Assembly: GCF_006345805.1 (NCBI RefSeq)
Contig: NC_043010.1
Coordinates: 7,812,001 to 7,876,000 of the forward strand
Direction of reading: 5' to 3'
Origin: Octopus sinensis
Lineage: Eukaryota
DNA length: 64,000 nt
Position numbers and translations under genes: made by a program. The notes beneath the pieces were generated by a model. That model worked only from the letters and a program-made list of their open reading frames with translations. It was not told the DNA's origin and did no database searches. Of this stretch, positions 40,078 to 53,718 are shown in pieces. Position 1 is the first letter of the stretch, and every line of letters starts with the position of its first letter.

Positions 40078-40458
40078 CATAGACGTCGCACAGTATACAA
40101 TATCAGGAGGTTGTTGATTGAAGATATTTTGTCTACAAGGGTCTTGTATAGTTTGTCAAGTCACAACAAGGACCTCAGACAGTACTTTAGGCAACATGCA
40201 TGCAGTTCCAAGTAATGCCGACTTTTGCAATAAACCTAGATTGTAGGGTATTTCTAAAGTTTTCAGATGCTTTTTTCAGATTGGGTGGTATTGACAATAG
40301 GGATAACCTTTATGTTTGACTTTCAGAGCTGCTACATTTTAGCGATTTCAGTTGTCAGGTTTCCATAATTATCAACCATTTCTCTTTCTTTTATGAGGAT
40401 ATGTTGATCTCCTGGCACTGCCATGTCAGTTATTAGGCTCTCTTCTTTGTCCCTCTAT
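40078..40458 (-). mobile_element. Degenerate R4/Dong-like RLE 3' fragment, different subfamily
   Basis: Manual translation ITDMAVPGDQHILIKEREMVDNYGNLTTEIAKM*..VIPIV..LLQKSALLGTACML; flanked on both sides by TAA repeats. Confidence 0.75.
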
Positions 40459-40778
40459 TATTATCATTATTATTATTATTATTATTATTATATTATTATT
40501 ATTATTATTATTATTATTATCATCATCATTATTATTATTATTATTATTGTTATTATTGAAGCCAGTGAGCTGACAGAATAATAGCTGCATCAGACAAAAT
40601 GCTTAGCAGCATTTCGTCCTTTTGAGTTTCAATTCAACCAAGTTGACTTTACCTTTCATCCTTTCATGGGCAAGAGAATAAGTACCAGTTGTGTACTGAA
40701 GTTCATGTAATAAATTTACCCCTTGCCCTGAAATTGCTGGCCTTATGCCAAAATTAAAAAGAATTATTATTATCATTA

Positions 40779-40840
<62 letters not shown>

Positions 40841-40844
<4 letters not shown>

Positions 40845-41193
40845 CTCCGCCTTTGAGAAGGTGGAGGTACTGTTTTCAGTTGTATTTGCTTGTTTGTCCA
40901 TAGACAAGATATCTCAAGAACTGGTGGATGGATTCAGATGAAACTTTCAGAGATGCTTGGCCTCATGACTGGCACAAACTTATTAGATTTTGGGATCGAT
41001 CTGGTACCAGACAAGGATTCTAGATTATTTTTTCTATTTTTTTACTTAATTTTTGTGAGTTGTCAGGTTCATTTTTAGTATTCTAGTTTGTGAGAGTTTA
41101 TTTCAGATATTCTCATTTTTAAAATCATCCCTGGCTAATCATTGAGAGGACGTTGGTATTGCTTTGGCAGAGGTTTGTGCTCTCTGAGTGCTC
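40841..41193 (+). mobile_element. Non-autonomous Helentron/HINE-type element
   Basis: Subterminal inverted repeats ATCTCCGCC (40843-40851) / GGCAGAGGT (41166-41174) followed by a short hairpin GTGCTCTCTGAGTGC; a partial second copy of its 3' half is at ~9790-9935. Confidence 0.55.
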
Positions 41194-41445
41194 TTGTTGT
41201 TGTTGTTGTTGTTGTTGTTATTATTATTATTATCATTATTATTATTATTATTATTATTAGATTAAGGTGGTGAGCTGGCAGAATTGTTAGCACACCAGGC
41301 AAAATGCTTAGCAGTATCCATCGAGGTCAACTTTTCCTTTCATCCTTTGGGGGTCGATAAATTAAGTACCAGTTGCGAACTGGGGTCGATCTAATCAACT
41401 GGTCCCTTCACCCCAAGTTTCAGGCCTTGTGCCTATAGCAGAAAC

Positions 41446-41491
<46 letters not shown>

Positions 41492-41764
41492 TTTATTACT
41501 ATTATAAGTTACATGTATCCTAGCATTTAGTTTCAAATACATACAATTGTTCAAACTAGTCATCTGAAGCTTTAGCTTCAAATAAACTATACACATACTA
41601 ATTTCTGTATTGAGTTCTTTTCCCACTTCACATTTGTAAACACAAGCTTTCAACTGTCATCTTAATCTAAGAACTAAGTGGACACATATATTTACATAAA
41701 TAGTACAGATTTGAATGTGCATATGTAATGTAGGTGGTATGTGTATGAATATATTTATATATCT

Positions 41765-42252
<488 letters not shown>

Positions 42253-42939
42253 GCCAGTCCCCAGTTTCCACACACACACATCATATGCGTGTGAAAATAT
42301 ATATATTTTCTACATATTATATTATTATATATACATACACACACGTATACACACATACATATACAAATACACACACACACACACACACACACTTACACCA
42401 CACACACACACACACACACATACACACATGAAATATAGAAGCAGAAAGACCAACATATATAATATATATATTTATATGAAAGAGACCTGATACATAGTTG
42501 TTAACAAAGCTGTATGTTAGGTAGTTAGTTCCACATCTACTTTTAAACACATTCATATAGAAAATAGAGTTTATTATATATTAAGAAGATCTTTGAATGG
42601 TCTCAGTTGAGTTTAGGCTTTATTTTTATATTTTTGTTAGTATTTTTTTTTATCATTTTGTATTTCGTTTTTATTTTTGTTTTTGTTTCGACTTGTCTTC
42701 TCTCTTTGCTTACTAACAATGAAGATCATTGGGTGAGCACCAGTATGACTGTTCTGGCTGGGAATCACAGCATAATGATTCCATTGACTAAGACATAAGT
42801 GACAAGCATATGTCTGTAGCTGTTACATCAAAGTCGTTCATTCTATATTGGTTAGCAACCAATACTAATGAACTAGGTCCTTTCTTATCCATCAATGATC
42901 AGTGATCAGACAATGTTAAAACAGTTTCAGTGAAGGAGA

Positions 42940-44983
42940 GGTGGTGGTAGTATTGGTGATGGTGGTGGTGGTTGTGGTGGTGGTGGTGGTGGTGGTGGTA
43001 GTGGTGATGGTGGGGGTGGTGGTGGTGGCAACAGCAGCAGCCTTGGTGGCAATAGTGGTGGTGATGGCAGTGTTGTTTGTGGTAAAGGTGGTGGTGGTGG
43101 AGATGGTAGCAATCATGGCTTTCATGGTTGAGGTTTTGGTGATGTTTAATAATGGCAATGATGATGGTGGTAGTGGTGGTGGTGGTGGTGGTGGTTGTGG
43201 TGGTGGTGGTGGTGGTGGTGGTGGTGATGGTGGTGGTGGTGGTGGTGGTGGAGATGGTAGCAATCATGGCTTTCATGGTTGTGGTTTTGGTGATGTTTAA
43301 TAATGGCAATGATGATGGTGGTAGTAGTGGTGGTGGTGGTGGTGGTGGTGGTGATGGTTGTGGTGGTGGTGGTGGTGGTAGTAGTGGTGGTGGTGGTGGT
43401 GGTGGTGGTGATGGTGGTGGTGGCAAAGCTAGTGGTAGCAATGGCTTTGATGGTTGTTGTATTGGAGATGTTAGTAATGGTGGTGTCTATAGTGGCAATG
43501 GTGATGGTTGTGGTGGTGGTGTTAGAACTAGTGGTAGAATAATGGTCATGGTGGTGGTGTGGTGGTGGTGGTTGTGGTGGTGGTGTTAGAACTAGTGGTA
43601 GAATAATGGTCATGGTGGTGGTGGTGGTGGTGGTTGTGGTGGTGGTGTGTTAGAACTAGTGGTAGAATAATGGTCATGGTGTGGTGGTGGTGGTGGTGGG
43701 GTGGTGGTGGTGGTGGTGGTGGTGGTGATGGTGGTGGTGGTGGTGGTGGTGGAGATGGTAGCAATCATGGCTTTCATGGTTGTGGTTTTGGTGATGTTTA
43801 ATAATGGCAATGATGATGGTGGTAGTAGTGGTGGTGGTGGTGGTGGTGGTGGTGATGGTTGTGGTGGTGGTGGTGGTGGTAGTAGTGGTGGTGGTGGTGG
43901 TGGTGGTGGTGATGGTGGTGGTGGCAAAGCTAGTGGTAGCAATGGCTTTGATGGTTGTTGTATTGGAGATGTTAGTAATGGTGGTGTCTATAGTGGCAAT
44001 GGTGATGGTTGTGGTGGTGGTGTTAGAACTAGTGGTAGAATAATGGTCATGGTGGTGGTGTGGTGGTGGTGGTTGTGGTGGTGGTGTTAGAACTAGTGGT
44101 AGAATAATGGTCATGGTGGTGGTGGTGGTGGTGGTTGTGGTGGTGGTTTTAGAACTAGTGGTAGAATAATGGTCATGGTGTGGTGGTGGTGGTGGTGGGT
44201 GGTGGTGGTGGTGGTGGTGGTGGTGATGGTGGTGGTGGTGGTGGTGGTGGAGATGGTAGCAATCATGGCTTTCATGGTTGTGGTTTTGGTGATGTTTAAT
44301 AATGGCAATGATGATGGTGGTAGTAGTGGTGGTGGTGGTGGTGGTGGTGGTGATGGTTGTGGTGGTGGTGGTGGTGGTAGTAGTGGTGGTGGTGGTGGTG
44401 GTGGTGGTGATGGTGGTGGTGGCAAAGCTAGTGGTAGCAATGGCTTTGATGGTTGTTGTATTGGAGATGTTAGTAATGGTGGTGTCTATAGTGGCAATGG
44501 TGATGGTTGTGGTGGTGGTGTTAGAACTAGTGGTAGAATAATGGTCATGGTGGTGGTGGTGGTGGTTGTGGTGGTGGTGTTAGAACTAGTGGTAGAATAA
44601 TGGTCATGGTGGTGGTGGTGGTGGTTGTGGTGGTGGTGTTAGAACTAGTGGTAGAATAATGGTCATGGTGGTGGTGGTGGTGGTTGTGGTGGTGGTGTTA
44701 GAACTAGTGGTAGAATAATGGTCATGGTGGTGGTGGTGGTAGCAGAGCTGCTAGTGGTTGTGGTAGTCACGACATTGGTCTTGGTGATAATGTTAATGAT
44801 GATGATGATAATGGTAGTGGTGGTGGTGGTAGTAGTGGTGGTGGTGTTGGTGGTAAGGAGTATTGGTGTTAATGGTGGTAGTGTTCGTGGTGATGGTTGT
44901 GATGGTGGTAGCAATAGTAATGGTTCTCATCGTAATGTTGATGTTGCTTTTGGATGTAATGCTGGTAATGATAATGGTGGTGA

Positions 44984-45022
<39 letters not shown>

Positions 45023-45510
45023 CAGCAGCAGCAGCAGGAGTAGCGGTGATGGTGGTTGTGGTGGTAGTGGTGGTGGTGGTGGTAGCAGAGCTGCTAGTGG
45101 TTGTGGTAGTCACGACATTGGTCTTGGTGATAATGTTAATGATGATGATGATAATGGTAGTGGTGGTGGTGGTGGTGATACTAGCAGTAATGATGATGGC
45201 TGCAGTGGTAGTAGTGGTAGTCATAGCATTGATGGTGATGGTGGAGAGGATAATAATGGTGGTAATGGTGTTGATAGTGGTGATATCCGTGATTTTGTGA
45301 TGATGGTGGTGGTGAGGATTGTTGTGGTGGTGGCGAAGAACGATACCAGTGATGTAATGATGATGGTGGTGATGTTAGTGGTGGTGGCAGTGGTGGTGGT
45401 GATGGTGGTGATGGTGGTGGTGATGGTGGTGATGGTGATGGTGGTGGTGGTGGTGGTGGTGGTGGTGATGGTGATGGTGGTGATGGTGGTGGTGGTGGTA
45501 GTGGTGGTAG
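42940..45510. repeat. Complex (GGT)n-based higher-order satellite
   Basis: ~500-bp units (GGAGATGGTAGCAATCATGGCTTTC at ~43098, 43249, 43751, 44249) with nested ~57-60-bp GTTAGAACTAGTGGTAGAATAATGGTCATGGT subunits, grading into degenerate GGT/GAT/AGT. Confidence 0.9.
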
Positions 45511-47001
45511 ATGACATATGTTTTCTACAGAACTGCAATGAACACATTATATATAGAAAGTATACTCTGTACGTATATGTGTGTGTGTGTGTGTGTGTGC
45601 AGATGTGTGGGTGTGTGTATGTGGGCAGAGGGATTGTCTGTTTATAGTTAAAGAACACAAAAAATACATTACAGCAAAAAAATCTTTTTTAAATACCTCT
45701 TACAGCAGTAAAAATCGCTTACAGTAATGTTACACTTTAGATTTTAAGATGAGTGAAATGAGATGTTGAGATGTTCATGCCACTCTTATAAGCATTTGGT
45801 ACAGTGGAAGAAAGATAATGGGGAAAAGAGGAAACTATAGTACAAAGTAAATATTTCTTTGTGATTTTAGCACAAGGCCGGCAGTTTTGGTAGGAGAGGA
45901 TAAGTTGATTTAAATCGACCCCAGTGCTCAACTGGTACTTATTTTATCAATCCCCAAAAGATGAAAGTCCCTGGTGGGATTTGAACTCAGAACCTAAAGA
46001 TGGATGAAATGCCACAAAGCATTTCGCTCAGCATGCAACCAATTCTGCTTGCTCACCACCTTGCAAGGCCAATAATATAGGTTTCTGGGGTGTTTAGGTT
46101 CCCCAACTGGATGGGACGCCGGTCCATTGCAGGTGAGCTACAAGATGCAGGAGGAAAGAGTGAGAGAAAGTTGTGGCGAAAGAGTCAGCAGAAGTTCGCC
46201 ATTACCTTCTGCCAGAGCCGCATGGAATTTAGGTGTTTTGCTCATAAACACACACATCGCCCGGTCTGAGATTCGAACCCACGATCCCTAAACCATGAAT
46301 CCACTGCTCTAACCACTAGGCCATGTGCCTCCACTAACTCACAGTTTTAGAGCAGCATAAATAATAAGATATAGGAAGTTTTAGAATTTGAGTGTGAAGA
46401 GTACCAAAGTAATAATTTTAAATCTTGGCATAATGCCAGCAATTTTGGGGCAAGGTCTAAATTGATTACATTGACCCCAGTACTCAACTGGTACTTATTC
46501 TATCAACTCTGAAAAGCTGAAAGGGAAAGTCAGCTTCTATGGAATCTGAATTCAGAAAGTAAGGACGGATGAAATGCCACAAAGCAATTTGCCCACTGTG
46601 GAAACAATTCTGCCAGCTCACTGTCTTGAAGAATTGCTAAATAATGGTTTCAAATTCAATTACCAGGTCAGTAAATTTGGGGCAGGGGATAAGTCAATGA
46701 CTTAACTGGTACTTATTTTATTGACCCTGAAAGGATGAAAGGCAAGGTCAACTTAGGTAGAATTTGAACTCAAAACACATGGACAGACGAGTTACCACAA
46801 AGCATTCTGCCTGGTGTGCTAATAATTCTGCCTGCTCACCACCCTGAAGAATACCTAAATATTAATAATCATTGTTTGCAATTTAGTCACAAAGCCAGGA
46901 GTTTAAAAAGTCAGCGTTTAAAAACTAGTTTCACAGATACTTCTTTTAAAATTTCTATTTTACTTTCCTCATGTTTGCTTCTATGGGTTTGCAGCAGCAG
47001 C

Positions 47002-47176
<175 letters not shown>

Positions 47177-48007
47177 GACAGAACATGCTTCAGTGGCCAG
47201 GAACATGTTGAATTATGTAAAATGGTAGAGAATGAAACAAAGCTGTGTTTTGTAATAAATACATTTAAAGCAAAATTTTGTCACAAACGTTTAAAATACT
47301 GTGGATCTCTAAGTCACTATTTTGCATGTGTGGACCCCCCAAAATCTTATATAGACCACTAGTGGTCACATGAACCTGGGTCAAGAACCACTGCTCTAAT
47401 GATTCTGCTTGCTCACTGCCATTATAATAATCTTTAAGCAACAAGGGCAGCAATTTTGGGCAGCAGTTTCAACAGTGCCATCAGCTTAGTACTTGAATGA
47501 CACAATATTTTATTAACCACATTGGAATGAGGAGGCACAATGGCCCAATGGTTAGGGCAGCAGACTCGCAGTCGGAAAATCGAGGTTTCAATTCCCAGGC
47601 CAGGCATTGTGTGTGTTTATTGAGCAAAATCACCTAAATCTCCACGAGGTTGTGGCGGGGGATGGTGGGAACCCCTGTTGTACTCTTTCGCCCAACTTTC
47701 TCTCACTCTTTCTTCCTGTTTCTGGAGTAATGCTGCGATGAACTGGCATCCCATCAAGCTGGGGGCGAACACATACGCCACAGAAACCGGGAAACCGGGC
47801 CCATGAGCCTGGCTAGGCTTGAAAAGGGCACATAAATAAAAAATAAACATTGGTATGAAATTTAAGGTTGATCTCTCTGGGATTTGAACTCAGGCTGTAA
47901 ATATCTGCATGAAATACTGCTCAGCACTTTTTTTTTTTCCAATAATCTAATTAAAGCCAGCAATTTTGAAAAGTGGAGCTAATCAATATCACCAACCCCC
48001 AGTACTT

Positions 48008-48437
48008 TACTCTTTACTCTTTTACTCTCTTTTACTTGTTTCAGTCATTTGACTGTGGCCATGCTGGAGCACCGCCTTTTAGTCGAGCAAATCAACCCCG
48101 AGACTTATTCTTTGTAAGCCCAGTACTTATTCTATCGGTCTCTTTTGCCGAACTGCTAACTGACGGGGACGTAAACACACCAGCATTGGTTGTCAAGCAA
48201 TGCTAGGAGGACAAACACAGACACACAAACATATACACACACACACTGATATATATATATATATACATATATACGACAGGCTTCTTTCAGTTTCCGTCAA
48301 CCAAATCCACTCACAAGGCATTGGTCGGCCCGGGGCTATAGCAGAAGACACTTGCCCAAGATGCCATGCAGTGGGACTGAACCCGGAACCATGTGGTTGG
48401 TTAGCAAGCTACTTACCACACAGCCACTCCTGCGCCT
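48008..48437 (-). mobile_element. SINE family A copy
   Basis: Full-length reverse-complement match to 29560-29962. Confidence 0.88.
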
Positions 48438-48756
48438 ATGGTATGGTATTTTATCAATGCTGAAACAATGAAAGGCAAAGTTGATCTGACCAGGATTTTA
48501 GCTCCAAAGATAAAGAGCCAGGACAAATATAGCAAAAGCATTTTCCCAACACACTGCAATGATTCTTTCAAACCATCACTCTTATAATGATGATGATGAG
48601 GATGATGGTGGTGGTGGTGGTGGTGGTGGTGGTGGTGATTGCTGAGTATAGTTTCAGACAGCAGTATTTATTATTTTAAACTAGCATAATCCTTAAGAAG
48701 ATAGAGTTATGCAGCTGAAAAGAACTATTATCTGTCTGACTGTTTGTCTATCACTG

Positions 48757-48810
<54 letters not shown>

Positions 48811-49039
48811 CCCATCTCTATCTCCCTCCATCACTCTGTTTCTCTTTTTCTCCCACTAAATAGAGAGATAGGTAAAACAGACAGGTATATGTACATATCA
48901 CCATCATCATCATCATCATCAACATCATTTACTGTCCATTTTCCATTCTGGCATAAGTAGAATGGTTTGACAGGAAAATATATATCTATAAGTATACATA
49001 TTCATATATATGTATATACACACACACATATATATATAT

Positions 49040-49118
<79 letters not shown>

Positions 49119-49180
49119 CACATATACATACACATATGTGTATATGTGTTTGTGTGTGTGTGTGTGTGTGTATGCATATA

Positions 49181-49590
49181 TAGGTGAAGAAGTGGTTGTG
49201 TGGTAAGAAGCTTACTTCCCCACCACATGGTTCTGGGTTCAGTCCCACAGCGTGTCACCTTGGGCAAGTGTCTTCTATAGCCTCGGGCTGACCAAAGCCT
49301 TGTGAGTGGATTTAGTAGACGGAAACTGAAAGAAGCCTGCCATGTGTGTATGTCTGTGTGTGTGTGTGTATGTATTTGTGTTTGTGTCTGAGTTTGTCCT
49401 CGCACCATTACTTGACAACTTATGTTGGTATGTTTTTATACCCCCATAACTTAGTGGTTCATGAAAAGAGACCGATTGAATAAGTACTAGGCTTATTAAG
49501 AATAAGTCCTGGGGTCGATCTGTTCGACTACAGGTGGTGCTCCAGCATGGCTGTAGTCAAATGACTGAAACAAGTAAAAGAATAAAAGAA
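49181..49590 (+). mobile_element. SINE family A copy (more diverged)
   Basis: Head, central (TG)n and tail recognisable. Confidence 0.8.
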
Positions 49591-51111
49591 TATATATTTA
49601 CATACAATAACACGCACACACACACGACATTGTCCTATTCACAAGGCACCATCTTTTCTGTACTGGTGCCAGCTGATAGGTCAGACTCCATTAAAGTGAC
49701 ACATATGTAAGACAATCTTTCTAGTGCTGGGACCTCAAAGTAGATTCTGTAAAGAATTTGGCAAATTGAACAGAGAATGTATAAGGTACTGAGGCACCTT
49801 TATTTGACCTCTCTAGTATTGTTGACATCGTATGTTTGAGCCTCAGTCTATGGGAGAAGCAGCTCTCAATTAGAGATGGCTCAAACTTTGATGGGCCCAT
49901 CTGACTCATGCCAACATGGAAAGTGGATGTAAAAATGATAATGATGGTCTCTCTCTCACACACACACACATGTGCCCACAAACACACACACATACATGCC
50001 CACAAACACACACACACATGCCCCCCCCCCACACACACACTCATCATATGAGCAAGTACTCAAAACATTTACTCATGCTAAGACTGATGATTTGCTACAT
50101 ACCCACAATAAGTTTTTCACTTCTTTTAATTACCATTTCAGTCACTGAACTGTGGTCATGCTGGAGCACCACCTTGATACTGGGACACCACAAATGTGTG
50201 ATTTTTGTTCGTAGAAATATAGCAACATAAAAACACATCTCTCTACCCCACTCTTTCTCTCTTTTTGTTTGCCTATCTTTCTATCACATTAATAGTGTTT
50301 CTTTCTCTCTCCTCTCTCTCTTTCCTTCTCTCACTTTGTCTGTCTGTCTTTCTCTCACACTAGGACTCTTCTCTCTCTCTTTCACACACACAAATACATA
50401 TACATACATCTTTCTCTCTTTTTCTCTATCTCTCCCTCACATAGTAATACTCTCTCACTCACATATGTAGTAATACCCTTCTCTTTCTCTTTCATTCTAT
50501 CCCTCTCTCTCTCACTCTCATCTTTCATACAATAATAGAGAAAGATATATTAAGTATATAACTACACATGTGAGCATACAGAATTCTGGAATATATTAAA
50601 ATTATAAAACAAGAGAATTTTCTCCAATTTCTTTTCTTTTTACATGAACAAAAAGCTTCAGATCTATATGAAATGAAAATTTGACTGTGAAATGACATCT
50701 CGAATTTAATTAGGAATAAAAATACAATGAAACCAGTTCTAAAACTAAGAAGTGTATGTTGATGTCAGCACTAAGGCTTGCCAAACTTCTTATGATGACA
50801 TTTGCCACTTCACCTTTTAACAAGAATATTTCCAATGAAATACATCATGTTTCAACTACGTTTGAAAATAACCAAGAATTTAGTAAATTAACTGAGTTTT
50901 ACTTTATTAAAATGGTGTTTGAAGCAAAAATTTCTTTAAGGAAATAAAAATAGGGAGAGGTCTGATTTAAATACAAACATTTTAAAGTGACAGGTTTTAT
51001 GTCATTGAACCAGGGTTGGACTCAGGTAGGTTAATATCATAACATTTAATATAAGTGTTCAAGCTATTATCTGATATGAGTAGAACATGTGTGTGTGTGT
51101 ATGTGTGTGTT

Positions 51112-51159
<48 letters not shown>

Positions 51160-51339
51160 AAGAAGTTTGCTCCTAACCATGTGTTTTGGGTTTAGTCCTA
51201 TTGCATGGCAGCTTAGGCAAATGTGTTCTACTATAGCCCTTGGCCAAACAAAGCCTTGTGAGTGGATTTGATAAACAAAAAAACTAAAAGAAGTCCATCA
51301 TCTATGTGTATGTATACATGCATGTTTGCTTTGCGTGTT

Positions 51340-51379
<40 letters not shown>

Positions 51380-51616
51380 TGCTCCATTGTCTTAATATTA
51401 GCGATTGTTGTAAGTAAGTGTCACTGTCATACAGATAGTGTAATTTATTTCTAATCTTCCTTGAAACACACATTTGTTAAAGGGAAAATATTATCTTGTT
51501 TGGAAACGGGTAAAGGTTGGCAACAGGAAAGGCACCTGATTGTAGAAAATCAGTTTCAACAAATTCTGTCTGACCCATGTAAGTTTGGAAAAGTGTATGC
51601 TAAAATGACGACGACA

Positions 51617-51650
<34 letters not shown>

Positions 51651-51749
51651 CAATATATAGTGTGTGAGTGTGTGTATGCATTTTTGTACGACTGCATATA
51701 CAGACAAACACATACACATGGAAACACTTACATACACACATACAAGCAC

Positions 51750-51783
<34 letters not shown>

Positions 51784-52159
51784 TATATACAACACACAAC
51801 AACACTTTATAAACATATGAAACAGAATAGTAAATTGTAGAAGGTGAAATTCAGAAAGAGATTTCTGCCATATATCTAGAGAAATTCTAGACTTGGCCAA
51901 CTAAGTTTCACACATTAATGTTGTAATTAAAATAATCATAGTTATTAATTCGTTAATAGGATGACAGATATTAAATGAACCAAATAATATGGAATGGTAG
52001 TTATGGTGGACAGATGATGCATGCTTCATATATTAGTTGCGTAGATTCCATTATATTTATTAGCAATGCTGAGCAAAACTATTTATATGATGGTGAAGAA
52101 CTGAACATGACAGAATGCAAGTTTATAGTAGATAGCAAAAATATATTGTGTTTATTGTA

Positions 52160-52520
52160 AGGTGTGGCTGTGTGGTAAGTAGCTTGCTAATCAACCACAT
52201 GGTTCCAGGTTCAGTCCCACTGCGTGGCATCTTGGGCAAGTGTCTTCTACTATAGCCTCGGGCCAACCAATGCCTTGTGAGTGGATTTGGTAGACGGAAA
52301 CTGAAAGAAGCCCGTCATATATATGTATATATATATGTGTGTGTGTATGTGTTTGTGTCTGTGTTTGTCCCCCTAGCATTGCTTGACAACCGATGCTGGT
52401 GTGTTTACGTCCCCGTCACTTAGCGGTTCGGCAAAAGAGACTGATAGAATAAGTACTGGCGGTGCTCCAGCATGGCCGCAGTCAAATGACTGAAACAAGT
52501 AAAAGAGTAAAAGAGTAAGA
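52160..52520 (+). mobile_element. SINE family A copy with internal deletion
   Basis: Lacks the GCTTACAAAGAATAAGTCCCGGGGTCGATTTGCTCGACTAAA segment. Confidence 0.85.
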
Positions 52521-53081
52521 AAGAGTAAGGTCAGTCAAAATGAAATTACATGCATGATATTAACGGTAGTATTGAAATGTTTATTTTAATGTTAGCATCT
52601 AGATCTCCAATTTCTGTTTTTGGTGAATACAATATTATTTAGCAAAGTAATGAAGTATGGAAAATAAATTAAATATTTAAGAAAAAGTCAAAACAGCTGC
52701 CATATTTTAGAGTTAGGTAATCATGTTAAAACATCTGGCCTAATATTAAATATACAACAGTTAGATTTTAGAACTGAAGGCGGCAACATAAAGGAAATTT
52801 ATAAAGTAATTAATATGAAAGAATTACCTTGTAATAGGTTTCTGGAATATTTCCAGAGTTCAAAATAATAAAGATGTTCAAATTTTGGAGTATTCATATT
52901 GAATAATTAAATTTCTAATTAAACAATTCTTTTATGTCATTTCATATAAAAGCAGATTTTAAAGATCATTCTACCCAGTTCGACAAGTCATTTATATATA
53001 TGCGTGTGTGCATGTGTGTGTGTGTGTGTGTAATTTTATTTGTGTGTATATATGTATGTATATATATATAATATATATATG

Positions 53082-53170
<89 letters not shown>

Positions 53171-53446
53171 CAAATATATATATACATTTATACACAGATT
53201 CTAGTTCTCAGAGTAAGAAGGAATGGTCTTATATATCAAGGACCTAGAGAAGAGTAGCCAATTCCGTGAACCAGAATTTGGATCATTGTCATTGGCACCA
53301 CTTGAACAGAATGTGACTGACATTACAGCCTCCAAGGTAAATTTTTGCACAAATATAAATATTTTCAAAATAGAGGTTTTATAAATTTCTTCATTGTTTC
53401 CAAATGTAAACAATGCTAAGAATATATTCCCAGTGCAAGAATCTAA

Positions 53447-53718
53447 TTACGAATCTGCAAGTTTTGGCAAAGCTGGCAACGGCTTTGAGAAATTGAAACT
53501 GTTTCTTGTGGGTAGTTCCCAAAGCTGGAGAGGGACATTATAATTGCTACTGTTTAATAGATTTGACTTTTGAACATCATTGTAGCTTGTATTTCGCATG
53601 TTATTAGATTGGTAGGAACATCTGCTTGAGTCATTCATGTTCTTTGATCTGCCGGGTGTCCGAGGCAGGGACTTTTGATCTGTATCGTGGAACTTTTCAA
53701 GTGAACATGATTTCTGAC
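53447..53718 (-). CDS. Terminal coding exon, probably the cytoplasmic C-terminus of an upstream protocadherin: (x)GT-QKSCSLEKFHDTDQKSLPRTPGRSKNMNDSSRCSYQSNNMRNTSYNDVQKSNLLNSSNYNVPLQLWELPTRNSFNFSKPLPALPKLADS*
   Basis: Acceptor ttaatctttcag|G at 53719|53718, phase-1 entry, open for 89 codons to TAA (extends track ORF 53447..53638 by 26 aa). Ser/Pro/Asn-rich with SLPRTP and KPLPALP motifs that resemble octopus Pcdh tails as I recall them (not database-checked). Same strand as the Pcdh; followed by unique UTR-like sequence. Confidence 0.7.

Noticed and set aside
43500-44720. Regularly spaced ~30-bp conserved repeats resembling a CRISPR array
   Set aside because: The spacers are GGT repeats rather than unique sequence, there are no cas genes, and the context is eukaryotic.
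42899-45658. Gly-rich, Pro/Thr/His-rich and poly-Val ORFs up to 309 aa
   Set aside because: Open in several frames and on both strands because GGT repeats lack stops; no splice or codon evidence.
47265-47393. hAT-like terminal sequence (AAGAACCACTG)
   Set aside because: Could not locate the partner TIR or TSD.
53201-53413. 70-aa minus ORF (SGANDNDPNSGSRN looked cadherin-like)
   Set aside because: Lies just after the stop of the terminal exon, so most simply 3'UTR; no complete cadherin motif set.
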